From positions 2,028,930 through 2,092,929 of the forward strand of contig CBDCYH010000002.1 of NCBI GenBank assembly GCA_965224105.1: a DNA stretch of 64,000 bases, read 5' to 3'. A program made the translations under genes and the position numbers. The notes below the pieces were generated by a model, which had not been told where the DNA came from, made no database searches, and saw nothing but the letters and a program-made list of their open reading frames with translations. This DNA comes from Rhodothermales bacterium. Its GTDB lineage: Bacteria > Bacteroidota > Rhodothermia > Rhodothermales > JABDKH01. Positions 48,213 to 58,113 of this stretch are shown here, one piece after another. Within the stretch, counting starts at the first letter, position 1; each line of letters begins with the position of its first letter.

Positions 48213-49940
48213 ATGTCGCTCGATAAACAATCTGCAAGCGAACGCCATACACTGCGCGCGCTCCAGGAAAACAGCCAGTTCCTGAACACAACTCTCGACC
48301 TGGATTTTGTCCTGAACAACCTGCTTCTTTCGGCGCTGAGCAAGCTTTTTGTTACCAAAGGAGCTGTTTGGTTGCGCGATGGTGAGGTAGAGGGAGATTC
48401 GGCCTGTGTATTTGAGCCCGCGGTCAACAAAGGTTTCCGAAAGGGTCAGATCCAGCCTGTGCAGCTGGAGGTATCCAGTATGCCGGGAAAGACCCTGGTT
48501 GGCGCAGAAGTCCCGGCGCCCCTGGCGTCAGTCGGGGTACACCTTGTAGCTCCCATCGCATCAGACAAAAAACTGATTGGATTTCTGGCGCTCGCCAAAA
48601 AGGCAACGGATAAAGATTTTCAGGAAACTGAAATCGAATTTCTGGAATCGCTTGTTAACATTTCGGCTGCCGCAATTCGCAATTCAATTGTGGTTGATGA
48701 TCTGCGGAACGCAAACACGCAGCTAGACAGCAAAGTGCAGCAGCTCAATACACTTTTTGATATTGGGCGAGAGTTCAACTCAACGCTGGATCGCAACCAC
48801 GTCGCGAAATTGTTGTCCTTCGCGCTGATGGGGCAAATGGCCGTCGGGCGCTATGCGTTCTTATTCCGGAGCGCAGGACAAAGAGAAGACGAGACCCGGG
48901 TGGTGATGAGCGCTGTCTTTGATACCTCGACGTTGGATGAAAAAAAAGAATTGATTTTCGATATCGTTGCGAAGGGAGGGGAGCAGAATGGGAACCCTCT
49001 CGCGGCGCTCGAAGAAATTGGCCTTGAGAATGTTGAGCTGGCTATTCCACTCCGCCATCATGGACTCGACGTGGGGGTACTTCTCCTGGGACCGAAACTA
49101 ACTAAGGCGGAGTACGAACCCGAGGACACGGAATTCGTAACGGCGCTCGGCAACCTTGCAGTTACCTCCATTCGAAACTCGTTCCTCGTCGAGCAACAAA
49201 TCGAAAAAGAGCTGCTCGAGGAAGAGATGCGACTGGCCAGAGAAATACAGGAGCGCCTGCAACCAGAGACTCCTCCTCCGTTCGACGGGCTCGACATCGC
49301 AATGCTGGCAATACCGAGCAGACACGTCGCGGGCGATTATGTCGATATAGTAACACTGGATCGGAACAGACTGCTCCTGGCAATCGGAGACGTAACTGGC
49401 AAAGGTCTTCCTGCCTCTCTGCTGATGTCCAATCTGCAGGCCGCTCTGCATGTCTTGGTGCCTATGCCTCTGTCGCTTGAGGAAAGCACGAGTCACATCA
49501 ACCGGGTCATCTGTGAAAACACTGACATAAGTCGGTTTGCCACGTACTTTCATTGCATCTACTCCGGGGACACAAAAGAATTGGATTTCGTAAACGCGGG
49601 GCACAACCCTCCGTACCTGGTCAAGCGCAATGGCGACGTCCTTGAGTTGGACAAAGGTGGGCTGTTGTTGGGTGTAATGCCGAACGCGACTTACGAAAGA
49701 GGTTCTGTCGCGCTTGAATCGGGCGACACCCTGTGCATGTTCACGGATGGAATAACGGAAGCAATGTCTCCCGATCAGCAAGAGTACGACGAGGTACGTT
49801 TGTTAGCAGTACTGCAGCGAACCAGGCAATTACCTGCGGATCAAATCATGGCGGAAATCAGATCTGATCTCGCCGCTCACACATGTGGTCGCGAAGCTGC
49901 ATCAGATGATGTAACCATCGTGGTGATGAAGGTTATCTGA
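48213..49940 (+). CDS. GAF-GAF-PP2C (SpoIIE/RsbU-like) serine phosphatase
   Basis: Two GAF-like segments, EEEMRLAREIQ linker, GDYVD, GDVTGKG, NAGHNPP, TDGITE and DDVT. Confidence 0.9.
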   Translation: MSLDKQSASERHTLRALQENSQFLNTTLDLDFVLNNLLLSALSKLFVTKGAVWLRDGEVEGDSACVFEPAVNKGFRKGQIQPVQLEVSSMPGKTLVGAEVPAPLASVGVHLVAPIASDKKLIGFLALAKKATDKDFQETEIEFLESLVNISAAAIRNSIVVDDLRNANTQLDSKVQQLNTLFDIGREFNSTLDRNHVAKLLSFALMGQMAVGRYAFLFRSAGQREDETRVVMSAVFDTSTLDEKKELIFDIVAKGGEQNGNPLAALEEIGLENVELAIPLRHHGLDVGVLLLGPKLTKAEYEPEDTEFVTALGNLAVTSIRNSFLVEQQIEKELLEEEMRLAREIQERLQPETPPPFDGLDIAMLAIPSRHVAGDYVDIVTLDRNRLLLAIGDVTGKGLPASLLMSNLQAALHVLVPMPLSLEESTSHINRVICENTDISRFATYFHCIYSGDTKELDFVNAGHNPPYLVKRNGDVLELDKGGLLLGVMPNATYERGSVALESGDTLCMFTDGITEAMSPDQQEYDEVRLLAVLQRTRQLPADQIMAEIRSDLAAHTCGREAASDDVTIVVMKVI

Positions 49941-51198
49941 GAGGTCCCTTGCTCCTCTGTTCTGCCGTTGACTCGAAAACGGACGTCAGGAGCTCTAGAT
50001 CCGCATCCGTTTGAGTTACATTCCGTCGGTCCATTACAATGCGAGCCACATCAATGGCGCGCGGCAGTCGGTACTCGGCGAACCCTGTATCCGGCCCTCC
50101 CCACATGAATGATGGAACGAACCGCGGCTGATACCCTGCACCAAAGAGATTGCAGGACACTCCAATACAGGTGCCGGTGTTAAACATGGTCGAGATGCCA
50201 CACTTGGAATGATCGCCCATTACCAATCCCATGAACTGCCGGCCCGTAGAAACAAACTCGCCTTCGGATTCACTATAGAGCGCAACTTTGCCGTAGTCAT
50301 TTTTGAGATTGGAATTATTGGTCGCCGCTCCCAAATTGCACCACTCTCCGAGGAGGGAATGCCCCAGGAATCCATCGTGCGCCTTGTTGGAATGGGAGTG
50401 CATTATTGATGTGTGGACCTCGCCCGCAACTTTGCACACGGGTCCGAAGGCGCTTTGGCGAATGTTTGCCCCAATTTTGATGATACAATTTTCGCCTACG
50501 TATACCGGGCCATGAACGACGGCTCCGTGGGAGACTACCGATCCGGCGTCGAGAATTATTGGTCCGTTGGTAGCATCCAGAATAACTCCCGCCTCGATCC
50601 TCGATGTCGGTTTGGTAAGGATGCGCTCCGAGTTGAGGAGCACTGCCGAATCCGCAATGGAGACTTCCGGCCTTTCAAAGATGTTGTACCCTTTGGAGAG
50701 CGTGTCAAATACGGACTCGATATTCGCACCCAGCACATCGAGCAATTGCCAGATAGAATTGACGAGGCAGTTCGATTCAATTGTAGTCGAAGGTAGATCG
50801 TCGAATGAATCCGGATCCCAAACATTGCATCCCGGTGCAGACGGGTACCACGCTGCCACAATTTCGGAATTGAATCGGATGGCCTGCGCCTCTCCATCCG
50901 CGAGGTCTATGATCCGTGAAACAACCGATGGGTTAGCGTCAACCAATAATCTGCCGTTGACAAACAGAACGTCGAGTCCATTGGGAATGTGATTGGTGAG
51001 GACGTCTAGATTTGCAGCCGCCACTTCTGCGAGTTCCGGTCGAGTTTGCAACAACAGCTGTGAGGCATCGATGGTCCGAGCGATAGATTCCAACAAAGTC
51101 TCCGCGCCGATCCGCAGGTCGAAGACGGGCCGCGTCCGGGTTAGGGGATAGAATTGTCGGAAGCCGTCGTCTTCAAAAACGCAGAGATACACAGGCAC
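49933..51198 (-). CDS. GlmU-like putative sugar nucleotidyltransferase with hexapeptide repeats
   Basis: PLTRTRPVFDLRIG, GPIILD, NKAHDGFLGHS, WCNLGA and GDHSKCGI. Confidence 0.85.
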   Translation of the reverse strand: MPVYLCVFEDDGFRQFYPLTRTRPVFDLRIGAETLLESIARTIDASQLLLQTRPELAEVAAANLDVLTNHIPNGLDVLFVNGRLLVDANPSVVSRIIDLADGEAQAIRFNSEIVAAWYPSAPGCNVWDPDSFDDLPSTTIESNCLVNSIWQLLDVLGANIESVFDTLSKGYNIFERPEVSIADSAVLLNSERILTKPTSRIEAGVILDATNGPIILDAGSVVSHGAVVHGPVYVGENCIIKIGANIRQSAFGPVCKVAGEVHTSIMHSHSNKAHDGFLGHSLLGEWCNLGAATNNSNLKNDYGKVALYSESEGEFVSTGRQFMGLVMGDHSKCGISTMFNTGTCIGVSCNLFGAGYQPRFVPSFMWGGPDTGFAEYRLPRAIDVARIVMDRRNVTQTDADLELLTSVFESTAEQRSKGPLR

Positions 51199-51353
51199 AA
51201 CCTAGTCTGAAAAACAATCGAATTCGGGTCGAAACGGGAGGCAACGAGAAAAATACAACTATCTTGAAATTATCGTCGCGCCAGGCCCCGTATTAATCCC
51301 ACGGCCGGACTGGTAGGTTAACTATCGCAACTTATCTAAAGAATTAATCAGTA

Positions 51354-52019
51354 ATGAAGTTTTTCATCGATACCGCAAATCTTGATGAGATAGAAGAAGC
51401 CAATCAGATGGGCGTCCTGGATGGAGTCACAACGAATCCATCACTGATGAAAAAGGCGGGGGGTTCCAATTTTCATGAGCACATCTACAGGATCTGCGAA
51501 CTTGTTGATGGCGACGTGTCGGCCGAGGTGGTCGCGACGGACTATTCGGGTATAATGGCAGAAGGGAGGGAGCTTGCCAAGATTCACAAGAACGTTGTGG
51601 TGAAGGTCCCGCTGATACTCGACGGCATTAAAGCAATCAAGTCGTTCACAGAAGAGGGAATCCGGACCAATTGCACGCTTTGTTTTTCACCAACCCAGGC
51701 TCTGATTGCCGCGAAGGCCGGAGCAACGTACATCAGCCCATTCATTGGCCGCGTTGACGATATCTCGGGCGATGGCCTTGAGCTTGTCGAACAAATACTC
51801 GTAATCTATCATAACTACGGTGTCTCAACCCAGGTGCTGGCGGCTTCGATCAGACATCCTGCACATGTAGTTGCGTGTATGGAGATGGGTGCGGATGTGG
51901 CGACGATGCCACTCAAGGTTATCAAGCAGCTCCTGAAGCATCCGTTGACCGATAACGGATTAGAGAAATTTCTCGCAGACTGGGATGCGTATCAGCGGCA
52001 AGCTGCCGCGGCGCTTTAG
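51354..52019 (+). CDS. tal: Transaldolase (short TalC/FSA family)
   Basis: FIDTAN, GVTTNPS, catalytic VVVK; Glu in VSAEV and Phe in YISPF match the transaldolase rather than the aldolase signature. Confidence 0.88.
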   Translation: MKFFIDTANLDEIEEANQMGVLDGVTTNPSLMKKAGGSNFHEHIYRICELVDGDVSAEVVATDYSGIMAEGRELAKIHKNVVVKVPLILDGIKAIKSFTEEGIRTNCTLCFSPTQALIAAKAGATYISPFIGRVDDISGDGLELVEQILVIYHNYGVSTQVLAASIRHPAHVVACMEMGADVATMPLKVIKQLLKHPLTDNGLEKFLADWDAYQRQAAAAL

Positions 52020-53417
52020 ATGAAATTTGTTTCACTCGGTGCCTCTGAGCGGATCGGTGCGAGCTGTCACTATCTAGATCTCGACGGAACCGGGATTTTC
52101 CTTGACTCCGGATCCGATCCCGACCGGGAAGGGGCCGACAGCCTGCCCGCTTTTTCCATCGTAACAGAGTCAGACGGGTGGCCAGCCGATCACCTGATTA
52201 TTACACACGCCCATCACGATCACATGGGCAGTTTACCAGTGCTGATCCGGAAGTATCCACGGATAAGGATACACATGACCTCTCCTACGCGCGACCTCCT
52301 GGAGAAATTACTCCCGAACTCTGCGCGCCTGCAGAAACGAAAAATAAAGGAAGGATCGACCAAATCTCAGCCGACGTTTCAACTCGATGAGGTGGAAGCC
52401 ATTTCGCACCTTTACGAAGCCCACAACTACGACGAGTGGGTGCCACTGGATGGAGAGAATACCGGCGCAAATGTAAAGATGCGATTCCTGGATTCCGGCC
52501 ATGTTCTCGGGTCGTCCAGTGTTGAGCTCACCTATGAAAGAGATGGACAACCTTTCCGCGTCTACTATTCTGGTGATGTTTCACTTACTCCACAAACCAT
52601 CCTCGCGGGAGGTGTTGTACCAGATCCGGGTGTTGATGTAATGATAATGGAATGTACCCTTGGCGCAGATGAAATCGCTCCATTGACCGACCGCGCTGGC
52701 GAAGAGAGAGATCTGGGGTTTTCAATACAGAAGGTGCTGGACCGAGGCGGGGTCGTTGTGATTCCGGTGTTTGCTCTTGGGCGTGCTCAGGAAGTCATTG
52801 CCCTTATCGACCGCTACATCAATCAAGGACTCGTACATCCCGATACCCCAATTTACACAGCGGGTACCATGCGGGCGATCGCAGATATTTATGACAAGAC
52901 GCGTCACATAACCAGGCGCGTTGACTCTGCATTTGAAGTTTATGATGTGCCGCAAAAAAGAATTCCGAAAAGTGCATCGGGGTTACAGCGTGCGCTCGAG
53001 GAACCATCCATCTTTGTGGTCTCCTCGGGGATGTTGTTTGAAAAAACGCTCTCAAACAAAATCGCTAGGCATGTGATTTCGGAACCGGAGAGTGCAATTT
53101 TTCTTGTCGGTTATGCTGCGGAAAAGTCGCCGGCCGAACGACTTCTGCAAGCGGTGGAAAACGGCGACAATTCTGTTGTTCTTTCTGATGATATGGGCCC
53201 GCAAGAATTGCGATGTGAGGTCCAAAAATTTCGTCTAACAGGCCACAGCCACCGGGAGGATTTGTTAGAACTGGTAGACGAAGTGCAACCGAAGAGGTTG
53301 GTCCTGGTCCACGGGGAAACGGAAGCCCGAGCCTGGATCGCGGAGGAGGTCGCAAAACTCGACGAGCGGATTGAAATCACGATCCCGGAAGAAGGGAAAG
53401 TGGTTGAATTCCATTAG
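52020..53417 (+). CDS. MBL-fold beta-CASP hydrolase (predicted ribonuclease)
   Basis: IGASCH, THAHHDH, SGHVLGS, YSGD, FALGRAQE, SSGML and GHSH. Confidence 0.85.
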   Translation: MKFVSLGASERIGASCHYLDLDGTGIFLDSGSDPDREGADSLPAFSIVTESDGWPADHLIITHAHHDHMGSLPVLIRKYPRIRIHMTSPTRDLLEKLLPNSARLQKRKIKEGSTKSQPTFQLDEVEAISHLYEAHNYDEWVPLDGENTGANVKMRFLDSGHVLGSSSVELTYERDGQPFRVYYSGDVSLTPQTILAGGVVPDPGVDVMIMECTLGADEIAPLTDRAGEERDLGFSIQKVLDRGGVVVIPVFALGRAQEVIALIDRYINQGLVHPDTPIYTAGTMRAIADIYDKTRHITRRVDSAFEVYDVPQKRIPKSASGLQRALEEPSIFVVSSGMLFEKTLSNKIARHVISEPESAIFLVGYAAEKSPAERLLQAVENGDNSVVLSDDMGPQELRCEVQKFRLTGHSHREDLLELVDEVQPKRLVLVHGETEARAWIAEEVAKLDERIEITIPEEGKVVEFH

Positions 53418-55030
53418 TCTGGCGAGTTTTTGTGATAACGGGTTAGTTGTTCGGCTTCAGGCCAATTTTCCTGGGCGACTATTACGTAGGGATCGAGCTG
53501 GTTGTAAATTTTGTTCGACGCATTTGAACCTGCAAGTCGCTGGGCCATAGTTGCGCGCAAAAGCAGGCGCACGGTTGGTTCCACCCTGGCAAAATCCGCG
53601 CGGCTGTACTTTGCAAAAGCAGAATCCACGGCTACAATATTCCAAAACGCGTTCATCTCACTGGAGGGTATCCGGAAATCGTTGGCTGTGGCGTCGGGGT
53701 CTTTTCTCCAGGCCAGAACGACGGATTCATCGATGCGATCAATCCATGATCGTACGAATGACTGAATCTTATTTCTGTAGCGGAGATCAATTATTAGGGT
53801 GTCGGCCAAAGCGAACCCAGAGAAGTTGTCGAGGACGATGTCTGGGTGGATCCCACCACCGCCGATCACGTCACGACCATGCACCGTTGAAAAACGCAGG
53901 TTGCTGGAGTCGGAGTCAACGAACTTGCGTGCGAGATAATCATCACGATTGGCAGAAGAGTAGTCCGTTTGAATCAATCGGCCTGTTGGTGTGAAATATC
54001 GCGAGACGGTCATGTGGAGCAGGCTTCCGTCCGACAACTGATACTGCTGCTGAACCAGCGCCTTACCAAACGTGCGCTCTCCAATAATCAACGCGCGATC
54101 ATTGTCTTGAAGTGCACCCGCTACGATCTCGCTGGCAGATGCCGAATTCTCATTAACTATCACAATCAGTGGCTGTTGTTCGAACGAGTCCCCAGGTTTA
54201 GATTTTGACACATTGTTATTCTGCTCGATCCGACCTCTGGTTTCCACGATCCGCTGTTCTCCCCCCAGGAATTCGTCGACCATCTTCACAGCCTCCTCCA
54301 GAATACCTCCGGGATTGTCGCGGAGATCAAGGATCAACCGGTTCATTCCAGATGCCACCAGAACTTCGAGATGCTTTTCGAATTCGGCAAACGTGTTTAC
54401 CGAAAACCTGCCAACCTTTATGTAACCCGTCCGGTCGTCCAACATGTGGGCACCGTCTATAGAAAAAATGGGAATGCGCTTTCGAGTGATCTCGAAATCC
54501 ATTTCTGCGTCTACTGATGGGCGAAACACCCGTATGCTAACATCCGTGTCCGTTGGACCCTTGATTAAATACTGAAGTGTGTTAGAAGCGTCACCTGTGA
54601 CGGTTGAATCGTTAACTCCAATGATTCTGTCGCCTGGCAGTAATCCCGCTGCTTCGCTTGGCGCGTTCGGCATCACAGAGCTTATCCGGGCCGTGTCATT
54701 GATCACCTGGTACCAAATTCCGATACCGCCAAATTCTCCCTCGAGATCCTCCTGCACCTCGCGGACATCCGAAGCAGCAATAAAGCGGGAGTGCGGATCC
54801 AACTGCCCGAGCATTCCCTCAATTGCTCCTTCCGAAAGCTCATTAGAATCGATCTCTTCGACATATCTCTTTCGCAGGAGATCGTATGCTTCGGAAATTC
54901 GTTTCTGCTCGACAGACTTGCCGACAGGCCGGCCAATATCAAGTAAGTTTCCAGCGAACACTCCGGCAATAAAAATTGCCAACGCCAGGAAGACTAGTCC
55001 GAATCGATAGGATGTATTTCGGTTTGTCAC
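53414..55030 (-). CDS. S41 family C-terminal processing peptidase
   Basis: LDPHS, PDZ domain (GEFGGIGI), DLRDNPGG, SASASEI, GERTFGK and YFTPTGR. Confidence 0.92.
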   Translation of the reverse strand: MTNRNTSYRFGLVFLALAIFIAGVFAGNLLDIGRPVGKSVEQKRISEAYDLLRKRYVEEIDSNELSEGAIEGMLGQLDPHSRFIAASDVREVQEDLEGEFGGIGIWYQVINDTARISSVMPNAPSEAAGLLPGDRIIGVNDSTVTGDASNTLQYLIKGPTDTDVSIRVFRPSVDAEMDFEITRKRIPIFSIDGAHMLDDRTGYIKVGRFSVNTFAEFEKHLEVLVASGMNRLILDLRDNPGGILEEAVKMVDEFLGGEQRIVETRGRIEQNNNVSKSKPGDSFEQQPLIVIVNENSASASEIVAGALQDNDRALIIGERTFGKALVQQQYQLSDGSLLHMTVSRYFTPTGRLIQTDYSSANRDDYLARKFVDSDSSNLRFSTVHGRDVIGGGGIHPDIVLDNFSGFALADTLIIDLRYRNKIQSFVRSWIDRIDESVVLAWRKDPDATANDFRIPSSEMNAFWNIVAVDSAFAKYSRADFARVEPTVRLLLRATMAQRLAGSNASNKIYNQLDPYVIVAQENWPEAEQLTRYHKNSPD

Positions 55031-55037
55031 AGATTTT

Positions 55038-55808
55038 CTACTTCATTTGACAGATCCCACACACGAGCAGATCGGCTGAGGAAGATACTCTATCGAGTTC
55101 ACTGATACTCTTCCATGATCGGCGCATCCCCGATGACCACAAGATATCGTCTACGATAAGAACGGCGCCGGCGGAGAAATGTGGCAAGATTCGTGTTACA
55201 TAGCGCAGCAGTGCCTGTCCATCGTGATGGCCATCGATATGTGCAAGGTCAATGTTTTCCGTAGTCGGCAGGATTTGGTCTAGAGTTTCATCGAACGTGC
55301 CGCACACGATGCTTTCCGCTGGCAGTTCGAGTCGCTGTAGCGTCGCTCTTGCCTCTTGGGATAGAGACTCACCCCCTTCAATTGAGATCAATATTCCGGA
55401 ATTGTTTTCGCGAAGGGCAGACAGCATGTACGATGCTGAAATCCCGAGGCACGACCCCAGTTCCAGGCAAATGTCCGGTTCTGTCTGGCGTGTTATCTGA
55501 TACAAGAATTCACCCTTGTACGCCGGGGCGCTCGAATCAGATATTTCGGAAATTTTTCGTTCAACCTCGGTGCCCGTTTGCGCCCCATCAGCCCTAGATT
55601 TGCCCACGCCAAAATCCCGGTAGGTGAGTGTCTCGGTTGAGCGATTATGCCGAGTCCTCTCTGCCTCGATCTTTTTCCAGTCCCTTCTTGCACTTTCGTC
55701 GACGTTGTCGACGCCGGCGAGTATTTGACCCAGAGGGGTAGCAGGCCCGAGCTTGCGGCTCATGCGTCTCCGTTGGAATGCAAACAGGGTTCGTTCTAAG
55801 ATATCCAA
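55038..55808 (-). CDS. Class I SAM-dependent methyltransferase (Methyltransf_24-like)
   Basis: LELGSCLGISA, HIDGHH and IVDDILWS. Confidence 0.8.
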   Translation of the reverse strand: MDILERTLFAFQRRRMSRKLGPATPLGQILAGVDNVDESARRDWKKIEAERTRHNRSTETLTYRDFGVGKSRADGAQTGTEVERKISEISDSSAPAYKGEFLYQITRQTEPDICLELGSCLGISASYMLSALRENNSGILISIEGGESLSQEARATLQRLELPAESIVCGTFDETLDQILPTTENIDLAHIDGHHDGQALLRYVTRILPHFSAGAVLIVDDILWSSGMRRSWKSISELDRVSSSADLLVCGICQMK

Positions 55809-55864
55809 CGTGAAATGCGCAGGGGGGTTGTTTTGAGCTGCTCTCTGGAAAATAGGAGTTCCCT

Positions 55865-55892
55865 TGTAACAAACGGCCGATCAAGTCCGTCT
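55865..55892 (+). promoter_or_regulatory. Candidate autoregulated ECF promoter TGTAAC-N17-CGTC
   Basis: TGTAACAA at 55865-55872 and CGTC at 55888-55891, 36 nt before the ECF start at 55928. Confidence 0.6.
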
Positions 55893-55927
55893 TTGGGATA
55901 GATTCAAGACATGCGCGACCAACTCCG

Positions 55928-56473
55928 TTGGAGTTTCAGTTGACTCGAACAGTTTACGAGAGACAAGTGAGATTGTACCGAGACCGTGTTTACGGCCTGG
56001 CATGGCACATGGTGGGTGTCCAATCGGATGCGGAAGACATAACGCAGGAGGTATTTCTCCGGTTGTGGCAACGGCGAAGGCAAATAGACGAGGATCGGGT
56101 AATAGGATGGTTACTACGTGTGACAAGGAACTGCTGCATCGACCTGCATCGGAAAAAGAAGTCGACATTTGCAAACTTGCGCCCGGTAGATATTGATTCT
56201 GATGCGGTCGCCGGGAAAGAGTTGAGCCCGCTTGCAGCTGCCGAGGGGAAGTGGTTTGACCAGATGCTGAAAGAGGGGATTGATCGCCTACACGATCCTT
56301 ACAAGAGCATTCTGATTCTCCGTGAGATGCACGAAATGAAATACAGTGAGATTGCAGAAGTGTTGGATATGCCGCTTGCCACAATCAAAGTGTATCTGCA
56401 CCGAGCACGAGCAAAGCTGCGAAAGGATCTGATCAACAGGGATGTCCTTGAGCGTAACTCATACGAAGGATAA
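55928..56473 (+). CDS. ECF RNA polymerase sigma factor
   Basis: DAEDITQEVFLRLW, WLLRVTRNCCID, YSEIAEVLDMPLATIKVYLHRAR; TTG start. Confidence 0.92.
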   Translation: MEFQLTRTVYERQVRLYRDRVYGLAWHMVGVQSDAEDITQEVFLRLWQRRRQIDEDRVIGWLLRVTRNCCIDLHRKKKSTFANLRPVDIDSDAVAGKELSPLAAAEGKWFDQMLKEGIDRLHDPYKSILILREMHEMKYSEIAEVLDMPLATIKVYLHRARAKLRKDLINRDVLERNSYEG

Positions 56474-56488
56474 AAGGATGTTGGTAAC

Positions 56489-56989
56489 ATGAAGGAGATG
56501 CATATAGACGAAACGATTGAGCGATACGTCGATGGGGAAATGACGACGGGTGAGCGGGAGGCTTTCGAATCTCGGATGGGTTCATCACCAGACCTGGCAA
56601 GAGAAGTGCGCCTGGCAGAAGAGATTAAAATGGCTCTTGCCAGTTTTGAAACCCCTGCTTGTCCGGATGCAGTTATCGATCGGCTCTACCGCGACATAGG
56701 CAGGCAATCGCCACTTGCAGCGCTGACTTCGAGATGGCAAACCGTTGCAGTAGCGTGTGCGATTCTCTTTGGGCTCATAGTTTTTACCAACCAACAAATG
56801 TCGGCAGGCGCTGAAGTGGACCAGGCTGTAGAAGATGCAAGGTGGGCGTTGCAATTCGTGTCTGATCTAGGCAGCACTTCGGACGGAGCAAACAGATCGC
56901 AAATTATCGAATCAGCGGTGCTGGACCCCATTCAGCATGCGCTCGATTTTGTTTTCGTAGACGAGAATTACAATGATAAGAATGAATAG
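56489..56989 (+). CDS. Anti-sigma factor (anti-sigma domain without zinc ligands, single TM)
   Basis: IERYVDGEM...FESRMGSSP (no HxxxCxxC), TM segment, directly after the ECF gene. Confidence 0.8.
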   Translation: MKEMHIDETIERYVDGEMTTGEREAFESRMGSSPDLAREVRLAEEIKMALASFETPACPDAVIDRLYRDIGRQSPLAALTSRWQTVAVACAILFGLIVFTNQQMSAGAEVDQAVEDARWALQFVSDLGSTSDGANRSQIIESAVLDPIQHALDFVFVDENYNDKNE

Positions 56990-57518
56990 GATTGGTCTAT
57001 ATGTCCTGACACTGGGACTTTTCGCAACTATGCCTTCTGCTGCGGTTCAGGCTCAGTCATTGCAGGACGAAAAGGGATATGTTGATATCGCATTGTTGGA
57101 AAACTGGTTCGATACCGACCCAACCATGGAGGTTAACATTAAGGGAACGCTCCTTCGGCTTGTTGCAAAGGCAACTCAGTATGACGATCCCGAGCTATCC
57201 GAAACGCTCACTCGCTTGAAGGCCATCCAGGTCAGGGCGTTTGAACTTCGCCGGTCCGATCGAAGGAAGGTGCTCGACAGAACATCTGGCCTTACCGAGG
57301 CGCTCCTGGATGATGGCTGGGAGGTAGTTGTCCGTGTGAGGGATGATTCCGAACACGTCCACATGTACATGAACTCACTCGACGACGTGGTAGTCGGACT
57401 CTTCGTCGTAGTGATTGACGACAGCGATGACGAAGCCGTGTTTGTCAATCTTGTCGGGGAAATTGATCCGGAGGAATTTGGTCGGGTGGGAAGGAAATTT
57501 AACTTTAGCACCAAGTAA
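56973..57518 (+). CDS. DUF4252-like secreted protein
   Basis: Signal peptide; EVNIKGTLL, GWEVVVRVRD and FVNLVGEIDP. Confidence 0.75.
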   Translation: MIRMNRIGLYVLTLGLFATMPSAAVQAQSLQDEKGYVDIALLENWFDTDPTMEVNIKGTLLRLVAKATQYDDPELSETLTRLKAIQVRAFELRRSDRRKVLDRTSGLTEALLDDGWEVVVRVRDDSEHVHMYMNSLDDVVVGLFVVVIDDSDDEAVFVNLVGEIDPEEFGRVGRKFNFSTK

Positions 57519-58030
57519 TGTTCACCCTGTTCAAGAAAGCCAATGCATATCTCCTTCTCGTGTGCTTTGTTGCAAGTGGTTGCATCTATTCCCGCGAGAT
57601 CGTCCGGACGGAAAAGGATATCGAAAGGGAGTTTGATGCAGAACTGAGAAGAAATGCAATTGTAAACGTTGGACCGGTTACGGTGGGGTTGGCGCGGGCC
57701 GTGATGCGATACATTGATGATGATGATGTACAACTCGTGCGCTACATCCTGGGAGATGTCAAGAGGATGAAGTTCGGAATCTTCGATGTTCGCAGGGCTC
57801 CTGAGTCCGGAATTGACGTGTCAACCCTGGACAGGTTTGATGACTGGGAGATAGCACTAAAAGTGCGCGATGAATCGGATGAAGTTTATCTCATGTATCG
57901 CGAAAACGAAGACGCGATAAGCGATATTTTCCTTTTTCTCGTGGAAGATGACCAGCTCGTAATTGCACGTGCTTCCGGACACCTCGACCACGCAGTGTCA
58001 GAAATTATTGCTGAGTACGAGTCAAACTAG
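57518..58030 (+). CDS. DUF4252-like lipoprotein
   Basis: Lipobox VASGC; WEIALKVRD and LVIARASG; paralogous layout to the preceding gene. Confidence 0.7.
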   Translation: MFTLFKKANAYLLLVCFVASGCIYSREIVRTEKDIEREFDAELRRNAIVNVGPVTVGLARAVMRYIDDDDVQLVRYILGDVKRMKFGIFDVRRAPESGIDVSTLDRFDDWEIALKVRDESDEVYLMYRENEDAISDIFLFLVEDDQLVIARASGHLDHAVSEIIAEYESN

Positions 58031-58113
58031 GGTTTACAGCCCCGCTGTGATATAGCCGAGTGCGGCGAAACTCCTATATTAACAGGCAATCGTAGCCATA
58101 ATAGAGGAATTCT

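Noticed and set aside
56489-56989. Zinc-finger (ZAS) call for the anti-sigma next to the ECF at 55928
   Set aside because: The HxxxCxxC positions read SRMGSSP, so it was annotated as a zinc-free anti-sigma domain.
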